A stretch of 61,998 bases of DNA, filler included, from Sanchytrium tribonematis (taxonomy: Eukaryota): the NCBI GenBank assembly GCA_018985235.1. It is 11 parts of 11 records of this genome, joined end to end, with 100 filler letters (N's around TTAATTAATTAA, not from the genome) between each part and the next. Parts side by side here need not be neighbours in the genome. Positions count along the whole stretch, not along the records: positions 1 to 23,048 come from JADGIG010000078.1; 10 more parts are not named here. One strand, given 5' to 3'. A model generated the notes under the pieces. That model was given only the letters and a program-made list of their open reading frames with translations, searched no databases and was not told the DNA's origin. Shown in pieces: positions 11,295-20,098 of the stretch. Position 1 is the first letter of the stretch; every line of letters begins with the position of its first letter. The position numbers were made by a program, and so were the translations under genes.

Positions 11295-11494
11295 ATGAAG
11301 ACGCGTTAGCCTAAATTAATTACTAAAGTTTTTCATAGGATATAGGGAAAACCTTTTTTTGGTTGACTTATTTTCAGGTTAGATTTTTTGGTACTGAGAT
11401 TTGATTAGCCAATCACGTAGAATTGGCGTAATTCAATACAAGCGTGTACGCCTCTCAAACGCGGTCCTTTTAAAGATCACTTTGGACTTTTGAA

Positions 11495-11857
11495 ATGCAA
11501 AGCAAACGCAGAACTTCAGAGCCCGAGTCTATTTGGAGCAGAATCAACCAGATAGTTTTGTCTGAATTGGATGAAGACCAAATCGAACTTCGAAGAGATT
11601 CCAAGGAAGAGCTTGATAAATCCAGCATGAATTTTAAAAACAATCGGTTTCGAAGGTATTCCGTCCACAACAATCCTAGTTCAACGATTCCTTCCCTTAA
11701 GCTGTCAAAAAAAGTGTCGTCAGATATAGCCAAACGGTTATACAAAATATACGTATTAGAACACCGTTCGAAGAACAGATGGAAAAGAGATTTACCGCTG
11801 CGGAACAAGGTGCTGCAAGAAAACTTTAGAAGAGTCAGTAAATATTACTACTTTTAA
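11495..11857 (+). CDS. Hypothetical protein
   Basis: 120 aa ORF ending 3 nt from the convergent neighbour. Confidence 0.45.
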   Translation: MQSKRRTSEPESIWSRINQIVLSELDEDQIELRRDSKEELDKSSMNFKNNRFRRYSVHNNPSSTIPSLKLSKKVSSDIAKRLYKIYVLEHRSKNRWKRDLPLRNKVLQENFRRVSKYYYF

Positions 11858-11860
11858 GAT

Positions 11861-13369
11861 TTATTTAGATGTGCGAGTTGGCATGCGTTGCTTCATTTCA
11901 ACCATTCTTTTATAATCTTCTTCAAAATAAGGTATCGGGTGGTAAACGTAAAGTGTGGATATTATCAAAAGTCGATCTTTTTCGCTATCTTGTTCTTGAG
12001 TTATAAACATGTCCAAGATTTTTCCATCTTGGTCTTTACAGGTAAACACAGAAGGTGCGTTTGAATTAGCTTTGACACCAACAATAAACATGTCTTTGAC
12101 CCATGGTCTTCTCAGGCTTAATGCCACACCTACATTGTTTTTATGAAATATGACCGATTTTTTAAATTCCGAGTCATTTTCATCATCCGGAAGAAGCCAA
12201 AATGCAACCAACATGATGGATTTCTTTAAATCCTTGATGTGACTAAGGTAAGTGTTCATTTCCTGTACTGGAATAGTTTTTTGAAATTCAATATGTGGTG
12301 AGAAAACAGTTTCCATCACATTGTGAGTGATCCCATAAACTTGATAAGCATATCCTTTGAAAGTAGAAAATGGAAGGTGGATTGTGCCTTGCCATTTTTT
12401 TATTTCAATCGGAGCGTCAATGTTCATATCATCTTCTACATCTTCCTCGTCGTTAATTTCAAATTCCAAAGGCTCCTCTAATTTTATAGGTTTGTAATCA
12501 GTAAACTCGGGCACGTCGAATTCAGGGGTGCTGTATTCCATTGCATAATGATGAACCTCTTCTTCTCCTTTGCTCGTTTTGCGAGTGTAGCCTTCAACAA
12601 TGTTCAATCTTTCCTCGGCAGTATTAGCAATATCTTCTACTGTGGTTTCGTCTGATATCAGCCAAGACATAACAGTATCGTAGTCAGATTCCAGATAAGC
12701 CCTTGCGTGGTCCTTGTTCTCACGTAAATCTAATTTTAATTTTAAATAAACATTTTGACACTCAATTTCATCTCTGCAAGTATTTTTAAAAACGTTCATG
12801 AATCTTGTAAAGCCATCAAATTCAGCAAGTTTTGCGTAATAAATTCTGGATATATGTGAAACATTTTTTCGAATAGTTTGGGAAAGAATTTCTTTATCAC
12901 GATTTCGAAAAAAGTTGTTTAACGTTCGCTCAAAATTTGAGTCACTTAATAATTGCAAATCTTCCTCTTCTAAACTATTGAAAAAAAATTGTAAATTTTT
13001 CAAGCTCTTTTCCTTGAATGAATCAACGTAAGTTTCCTTAACAATTTCTAGGAGATTTTCATTCACTTTTTTTAACCTTTGCTCCAATGGAGTCAATTTT
13101 TTTGGTCCTAGAACAGTTTCAGCTTCTTTGAGTTCAATTGGCAGATTATGCTCTTTTTCACACAAGCACAAATTTTCTTTAAAAAGCTTGTTAATTAATT
13201 TTTTGCTTTCAATTTTTAAAATTTCTAGAGTAGATAATATTGGCGATTTTTTAATCTGAGTGGTTTTTTTAGGACGAGTTTGGATATCAGTTTTTAAATT
13301 TTCAGCATTGTCTTTTATTTCTTCCTTGTAAGATTCCATGACGAGCGCCTCATCGACTTTTGTATCCAT
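11861..13369 (-). CDS. Putative TFIIS-central-like plus SPOC domain protein (Bye1/PHF3-like)
   Basis: Helical middle region followed by WQGTIHLP and a SPOC-like C-terminal pattern. Confidence 0.5.
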   Translation of the reverse strand: MDTKVDEALVMESYKEEIKDNAENLKTDIQTRPKKTTQIKKSPILSTLEILKIESKKLINKLFKENLCLCEKEHNLPIELKEAETVLGPKKLTPLEQRLKKVNENLLEIVKETYVDSFKEKSLKNLQFFFNSLEEEDLQLLSDSNFERTLNNFFRNRDKEILSQTIRKNVSHISRIYYAKLAEFDGFTRFMNVFKNTCRDEIECQNVYLKLKLDLRENKDHARAYLESDYDTVMSWLISDETTVEDIANTAEERLNIVEGYTRKTSKGEEEVHHYAMEYSTPEFDVPEFTDYKPIKLEEPLEFEINDEEDVEDDMNIDAPIEIKKWQGTIHLPFSTFKGYAYQVYGITHNVMETVFSPHIEFQKTIPVQEMNTYLSHIKDLKKSIMLVAFWLLPDDENDSEFKKSVIFHKNNVGVALSLRRPWVKDMFIVGVKANSNAPSVFTCKDQDGKILDMFITQEQDSEKDRLLIISTLYVYHPIPYFEEDYKRMVEMKQRMPTRTSK

Positions 13370-13506
13370 GTTTGAAAAGGGGATTCAATTTTCTTGTATT
13401 TGACAGAAGCATTTTAAAGATAATAATTGTGATATTAAAAGTAAAGCAGAACAAATTTTAAAATTTTAAAGTCCTATAAATTCTTGAAATATTTCATTTT
13501 TGATAC

Positions 13507-13941
13507 ATGTCACAAGTTCCTTTCTCAAATCCACAAAGCGAATTGAGCAACCCACAATCAGCAGACAGTAATATGCAAATTAACACCAACAATAATGCTG
13601 TTGTTGACTCTAAACAAAAGAATGAGCCAAGTGTTGCAGAAAATGATTTGCAAGTGATGCAAAATTCTTTTGTGACCTTACAGTCTCAAATCGACGACCT
13701 TGTTCAATACTGTAAGACAATCGAAGGTGAAAAGAAAGAATTAGTTGATAAATACAACGATTTAGTTGATGAATACAACAAGAATGTCAACTATACCCAA
13801 AAGCTGCATGAAATGCTCAAAAATTTCGAAGTCAACGATTTGGACAAGGTAATTAAAGACATGCAATCTATGATCAGCGAGGATGAACGTAAAAAGGTAG
13901 ATGAAGAGGTTAAAAATATCTTGGCTAAACTTGAGCAGTAA
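13507..13941 (+). CDS. Coiled-coil hypothetical protein
   Basis: 144 aa with a heptad-rich C-terminal half. Confidence 0.6.
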   Translation: MSQVPFSNPQSELSNPQSADSNMQINTNNNAVVDSKQKNEPSVAENDLQVMQNSFVTLQSQIDDLVQYCKTIEGEKKELVDKYNDLVDEYNKNVNYTQKLHEMLKNFEVNDLDKVIKDMQSMISEDERKKVDEEVKNILAKLEQ

Positions 13942-14007
13942 ATTATGTATTTTCCAAATTTGAATCGACCCATTTCCAAGGTATAAATAATTTTCCCGTG
14001 TGTATCA

Positions 14008-15639
14008 ATGTCAATTAGGCAAAATAACGTGATTGATTTAACAGGCATAAACACGGAAGATACAGCGCGTGTCAAATATGTAGATTTGACTTGCGAACAA
14101 CCTGACAAAAGACTTTTAGAACCAAATGATGAAGAGAACACTCTTTCAATACCCTGGAATGTTATGGACCTTACAAATTTATCTTCTGAAGAAGAATCTG
14201 ATATATTTTCTTCAAATATTATGGATGTTCATTTTGATAAGGAACATCCTAAGTATTCAAAACAAGCAAATGAAACAAAAACAATTGATAAAAAGCAACA
14301 ACCCGAATTTATGACAAGCATTACTGAATATAGCTCCAGGCGGTATAATTTACATTTGCAAAATGATTTTCACGATGTAATATTTCACGATAATAGTACA
14401 TCATATTACCAAAACGAATCTGAATTTGGCTCTCTCAATTCCTTCGCATCGGGTCCCGCGCTTGATGTTTTTGTTCAAAAGTTTCCAATAGATGAGACTT
14501 CTCATAATATTGAGGACCAGGACTCTAGTTTTGCGTTTAGAAACGTTGAATCGCAAGATATTGAATCTAAAAGCAAAGATTTACCAGCAGCTATATCTCA
14601 AGAAGATTCACCAACTAGTTCTTTTCAGAAAGAAAAGTATTTGAAGCCAACAATTATCCCTAATAGGAGCAGAATGTTAATATATGAGCATGATCCAGCA
14701 CAGAGGTTTCACGAATATAAATACTTTGACATTGTGTTCTACAGTTTTGGGAATTGCTATTCTCTTGCAGAGTCTCAAATTGAATTAGAAAATATAATAT
14801 ACTTAATATCTTATGTGGAAGACAAATTTATGTATAAAGTTTCATCCAAGCACAATGAGGCTGAGAATTTTACAAGATTATATGGCAATATAGCAATATT
14901 TCCTTTCCTTAAAATGGAAAAGACAGGTTTGTTTCGACTACTAGACAAATGGAGTTTTGAAAGTAGGGAATATGAATTTCTGTTGTCACCTTATACCCAT
15001 AGAACACCTCTTAAATTAGCGGATTCCTACGAGTGTCTTTCTGCAAGAGAGTTTTTAAATTTGTATTTTGAAAATAAAGACCTGGAATATGAATGTCGTA
15101 ATTGCGAGTGTAAGCTACATGGCCATGCCAGTATTGAGAAAACTGCCAAAATATTAGGTTTACATATTATAGAAAGCTGTCAATTAAGTGAGCTCTATCG
15201 ACCTACTTTTGTTGAAAAGATTTTGTTTGGATGCAGATTAAATTATGTGATGTTAGAATCCATAAGCGAATCTGATGAATCGCCTGACTTAATCAATAAT
15301 CCATCAGTCACCAGAAAGAGAAGGAATAAGCGATTAAACAAGTATAAATTTGAGTCTTTTCCCATTGATTTTTTATTGAAAAAGAGTGATGTTGATAAAT
15401 TATTTTGCAGTAATTCCCACTTCATGGAAATTCTTAAAATTCATAAATGTAAGTGTTTAAAAGGACTGGGCGGATACGATGGCTTCAGGGCGTTTCTTTT
15501 GTGCGGAAAAAAGGAAGACGGAATGGTGGAGTGCTTAGAAATATTAAAAAAATTGAACGAGATAACATTTATGGATTTGAAGGAAGAAATTCTTGACGAG
15601 CGAGGTATATATAATGCTGTGAATTTTCACTTAAAATAG
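14008..15639 (+). CDS. Hypothetical protein with three N-terminal SIM-like motifs and Cys/His clusters
   Basis: VIDLT, YVDLT, VMDLT followed by an acidic stretch; CRNCEC..HGH and C..SH..CKC later in the protein. Confidence 0.6.
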   Translation: MSIRQNNVIDLTGINTEDTARVKYVDLTCEQPDKRLLEPNDEENTLSIPWNVMDLTNLSSEEESDIFSSNIMDVHFDKEHPKYSKQANETKTIDKKQQPEFMTSITEYSSRRYNLHLQNDFHDVIFHDNSTSYYQNESEFGSLNSFASGPALDVFVQKFPIDETSHNIEDQDSSFAFRNVESQDIESKSKDLPAAISQEDSPTSSFQKEKYLKPTIIPNRSRMLIYEHDPAQRFHEYKYFDIVFYSFGNCYSLAESQIELENIIYLISYVEDKFMYKVSSKHNEAENFTRLYGNIAIFPFLKMEKTGLFRLLDKWSFESREYEFLLSPYTHRTPLKLADSYECLSAREFLNLYFENKDLEYECRNCECKLHGHASIEKTAKILGLHIIESCQLSELYRPTFVEKILFGCRLNYVMLESISESDESPDLINNPSVTRKRRNKRLNKYKFESFPIDFLLKKSDVDKLFCSNSHFMEILKIHKCKCLKGLGGYDGFRAFLLCGKKEDGMVECLEILKKLNEITFMDLKEEILDERGIYNAVNFHLK

Positions 15640-15662
15640 TTTACTTTTAGGTTATTAAATTT

Positions 15663-17267
15663 TTATTTTCCTAGATCTAGCGTACTTATAGAGTCTTTCC
15701 TGACATCTGTAACCTCATAAATACGCACAGATTGAGATTTTCCTTTAAGAATTTCTTCTTTATGAAACTTTACAGAAATTTCATTCTTTACCATTCGATA
15801 AACACTTTCAGTTATTAATATTTCGTTATCTTTTGCTTGATCACAAATTCGGGATCCCACATTAACTGTGTCACCAATAGAAGTCACCTCCACTCTTTCG
15901 GATCCACCAATAACTCCAAAAAATACGTTTCCTCTGTTTAACCCAATCCCAACAGAGATTTGATTCTTATTTTGCATGGACCTTTCTCGATTGAATTCTA
16001 TGACAGATTTTTTCATCTTGATTGCTGCGTTTATTGCTCTCAGTTCAGGAAGTGGGTCATCTTCAATCAAGCCAAAGCCGCACATGATACAATCGCCTAT
16101 AAATTTGTCAATCATTCCATTGAACTCGAAGGCTACTCTCACCATTCTTTCAAAAAAACCATTCAGAAGTTCAAATATTTCAGCAGGAGACATGGTTTCT
16201 GATAGTGTTGTAAATCCTCTGATATCTGCAAACAATATAGTACCCATTTTCAATTCTCCACCTCTATTGAATGGATTATTTTGATGAATCATCTGCTGGA
16301 CCATCTGTGGGGGCAAAAACCGATTTAGTTGCTCAGTAATCCTTACTTCTTTTTGCGACTCTTTGATAAACATTGAATTCTCGATTAAAACAGCAGTTTG
16401 ATTTACGATTGTACGTACTAAAGAAATGTCTTTCTCTGCAAAAGCCTTGATACGATTCTTTGAATCTAAGTGCAATATCCCTAAAATCTTACCATGAGCT
16501 ATCAAAGGAAGACACATTACAGATCTGATATTGGCTTTGGCAATGCTTTTCGCTTTCCCCAAATCTGGATCCATCGAGGTGTCTACAGCGATTAAACATT
16601 TCTTTGAATTAAAAACTCTAGATAAAATAGTGCTGCTCAAAATAATTTCTTCTCCTTCTTCCCCGTGGCCTTGCCTTATTTTCACATGAGATGCCCGAAG
16701 TTGATCTTCTCCTTCAATTTCTAATATAACTCCTCTATCCACTGGCAAAACATTAAACATCAAATCCAACATATTAACGTAATGTTTTTTAGTATTTGTG
16801 GTGAATGAAACTTTAGATAACTCATATGCCAGTCTTAATTTCTCATAATCCTGTTTCAAAGTTTCGATATCCGCATCTGGCTTTAGTTTTGCAAAATCTT
16901 CTTCCAATGGCTCAATTTCTGCGCTTATACGCTGTCCAGTGGTATCGACATTAATTTTAACCAACCTAACATTGTCAGTATGTACACCATGTGATGGTCT
17001 ACGATCGAAATACTGAAGAATTTTAGCACCTAATTGTATAATGTCTTTATCTTTGAGTATTGATTCTTGCTTCTTCTTCTCATTAACCCGGACGCCGTTG
17101 CTACTATTTAAATCCTCAATATAATAGCTCGAGCCTCTGATAAAAATTCTAGCGTGCTTTTGACTTATACTTGGATGATCAAGTGTAATTGCACATTCGG
17201 GGTGTCGTCCGAGAACAATCGTCTTAGTTATTACATATTCCTTTTTGTCAATTATTAGTTTGGGCAT
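15663..17267 (-). CDS. Soluble FHA-GAF-class III adenylyl cyclase
   Basis: FHA (LGR..C, SISQKHA, DLNSSNG); GAF (IRSVMCLPL, GILHLD); cyclase (LFADIRGFT, DKFIGD, TSIGDTVNVGSR, KGK). Confidence 0.88.
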   Translation of the reverse strand: MPKLIIDKKEYVITKTIVLGRHPECAITLDHPSISQKHARIFIRGSSYYIEDLNSSNGVRVNEKKKQESILKDKDIIQLGAKILQYFDRRPSHGVHTDNVRLVKINVDTTGQRISAEIEPLEEDFAKLKPDADIETLKQDYEKLRLAYELSKVSFTTNTKKHYVNMLDLMFNVLPVDRGVILEIEGEDQLRASHVKIRQGHGEEGEEIILSSTILSRVFNSKKCLIAVDTSMDPDLGKAKSIAKANIRSVMCLPLIAHGKILGILHLDSKNRIKAFAEKDISLVRTIVNQTAVLIENSMFIKESQKEVRITEQLNRFLPPQMVQQMIHQNNPFNRGGELKMGTILFADIRGFTTLSETMSPAEIFELLNGFFERMVRVAFEFNGMIDKFIGDCIMCGFGLIEDDPLPELRAINAAIKMKKSVIEFNRERSMQNKNQISVGIGLNRGNVFFGVIGGSERVEVTSIGDTVNVGSRICDQAKDNEILITESVYRMVKNEISVKFHKEEILKGKSQSVRIYEVTDVRKDSISTLDLGK

Positions 17268-17462
17268 TTTCTCAAGAATGACGGATATTGAGTTAAATGA
17301 AAAAAGCAGCCAATCAAATATGTATTTATATTACAGGTGAAGCCAAATCACCATAGGCTCCCCTAAAATGTCTCCTTTATAATTTGTCAAGTAGAAACGG
17401 TAATTTTTTAGCCCTTTCAAGTTTAGTAGTACAAAGAAAAACAATTCCCGGGTCCTTTTCAA

Positions 17463-18053
17463 ATGATTTCTCATCCGTCTTTAAAATATTTACAACTCAT
17501 GCTTGGTTGGTTCCTCAGATTCAATGTAAACCCTTCGAAACAGATTATTGCATCGTCGAATCAGAAAGAGATGGCTGGTGAAAACTTTGAAGTTTTAAGT
17601 ATGGAAGAAGACAAAAATTCAGAAATTCCACGCATTACAATCAGAGTAAAAATTACATCAGTATTGTACTACAAATTTTGCAGCGTATTGAGTTTGGCAA
17701 TTATGAACCTGGTTTTTAGAAAGTGGGCACCAGGAATTTTACTCTTAGTCAACGGCATTGCAGGCTTAGGTGCAGTCCTCAGTAGACGCTCGAAGTTTGT
17801 CTTCTATGACATATTTTTATTTATTGCTGTGCAGATTGTACACATTGGTTTAATAATCAGCGAATTATTCAATCTTGATGACACTGCTGAGAATTCTCAC
17901 TTTCGAACTGACTACAATTTGTCGTATAATAAGACTAGGGATGCATACCTGGCAGTTTATGTGATTGATTTACTTATGAATTTATCTTTGACAGTATTTA
18001 TCTCTTGGTCTTTGTACGAGTATCGCACTTGGCTGAAAAGTCACAACAAGTAG
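17463..18053 (+). CDS. Small multi-pass membrane protein (start may be ATG 17571)
   Basis: About four hydrophobic segments. Confidence 0.55.
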   Translation: MISHPSLKYLQLMLGWFLRFNVNPSKQIIASSNQKEMAGENFEVLSMEEDKNSEIPRITIRVKITSVLYYKFCSVLSLAIMNLVFRKWAPGILLLVNGIAGLGAVLSRRSKFVFYDIFLFIAVQIVHIGLIISELFNLDDTAENSHFRTDYNLSYNKTRDAYLAVYVIDLLMNLSLTVFISWSLYEYRTWLKSHNK

Positions 18054-18057
18054 TAAA

Positions 18058-19912
18058 TCACAATTTATTTGGTAATTTAATCAATTCTCCAAAATTATCC
18101 GCAATATTGTAACTCTCCCAGTCACCAGCAATTGGTGCTTTTATCATGTCTTTGTGGACACCAATGCTCTGACTAATTTTTAATGCTTGCGGGCTCAAAA
18201 GTTTGATATTTTTGGTGAACAAATCACTGAGCACGTCAATGTGATCTTTTGACAATCCTTGAGATACCATAAATGCAGCGTTTTTAATCAAAATTTCAGA
18301 AGCGTAAACCATAAATGATTGAGTCAAAATCCTTAATTAACAGTAATTACGCTTCCAATTGCTTATCACCACTGCTTTTGGCAACTTGGATTTCTTTAAC
18401 AGTACGTTCTGCGCATATTCTCTCACCATATGCTTTACTGAGTCCTTGAATTAAATCACTGCATTCTCTCATCCAAGTTTCAAATAATGAAGATTTCTTC
18501 AATCTAGCTTTCATGTCATTCTGTAATGAAATAATGTATCGGAATTCTTGATATTTTAGCAATTGTAGTAAGCCATTGATACTTACCAATTGATTTGAAG
18601 CAACAGGTTGAATATTGTCATAATTAACTCGCTTTTTGGCGATTGCATCTAGTAGCTCTTTACTAACTTTCTGCATCAAAACAGCATTATCGCCTTCTGC
18701 AGTCATTCCTGCGTGACTAAATCCGATAGACATTCCCAAGTAATTAGCGCTTAAGTATCCCTGACCACCACATCGTTCTCTGCAGACTGTTGCAGTGACT
18801 TGATGATGCCAAGTCATTAATGGCTTAATTACACAACAAAAGCGAATAAGCTCATCTTTAGCAATATTGTTTTGAGCCCAGCAATCCTTGATATAGTTAA
18901 ATCCAATATTTAAAACAATAAGTCTAGATAAGCAAGGAATTAGAGCATTTTGTTGAAGTTGATAAGTCAAAATAGGTGTATCCGATTTTCCAGTTGGACC
19001 AACAGTCAATCTAGAGTTTGAATATGCAAATGCAACATACAAGCTCATCTTTAATCCTCCCATACACATTGAAGCAATGCACAATCTTCCTGCTAAAAGT
19101 TGATCTGCGACTGCCAAAAAACGCGCCCTTTTGTTATTTCCTTTGATATTTGTAACGTATTTACCATTTTGAACATCTGCGTGCTTGTTCAGCAAATTAT
19201 CACGAGGAATCTTGACATGATCAAAAGCCAATTTCGCATTGTCCACACCATTACACTCTAGTTTATAGCCCATGTCATGAATAGTCACACCTGACAATAC
19301 ATTTAAATTTGAATCTCTAATAGGAACTAAAAATGCGTGGATGCCTTCGTGTTTTTGATTTACAAATAATTGTGCAAACACAATAGCGACATGCGCATGC
19401 ATTGCACCATTCGTGATCCAGTATTTCTGAGCCAATGGTGTAGGGGTGTGTATAATAAATTGCCCACCATTTTCGTCGTTTTGAAAATGTGCTGTTGTTT
19501 GCATTTCAACAGCATTATTTCCAAATCCTAACTCAGTCAATCCAAAACATCCAACAGTTTTCATAGAATCAATTTCAGAGATTACTTTTTGGTGTCTCTG
19601 GGTTGATAATTGCTGCATGGTTCCTCCAAACAAATTCAATTGTACGGTCATCTTAGTTGCTGTGCTTCCATCGACTGTACCAACTAATTCATGAACTGTC
19701 AATATATTCAGCGGGTCTTTTAAAAAGTCGTAAACTGATACATAATGAGACATGATAGCTTTCAATCTATCATATGACAATTCCCTGTGTTTTTTTAACG
19801 GAATGTTAAATTGCGGTGTGAATAGAGGAGTGCTCAAAAATTTTCTTAATTTTGCTCTGTTTTCATGATGATCGTGGTCTAGAAGATACTCTAATTTTGG
19901 AAACGGAATCAT
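18058..19912 (-). CDS. Peroxisomal acyl-CoA oxidase, 2 exons
   Basis: [38 protein letters not shown]-terminal NKL (PTS1-like); 19-nt intron 18332-18350. Confidence 0.92.
18332..18350 (-). other. 19-nt spliceosomal intron (acyl-CoA oxidase)
   Basis: GTAATTACTGTTAATTAAG; gives LE-A-ILTQSF in frame. Confidence 0.88.
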
Positions 19913-20098
19913 AACAAAGAGTTATTGTTTCAAAATATAATTGGACTGTGGGGTAGTTTAGGCTATTTTTATACTTTCAAAAAAAATGAATAAAAATTGA
20001 AATTGATACCTATTAACAAAGATTGGGTTCGTGTCATATTCGCAATATAATTTTATATGCGTAATTAAAATTAGTGAAAAAATAATTTTTCCAATAGG

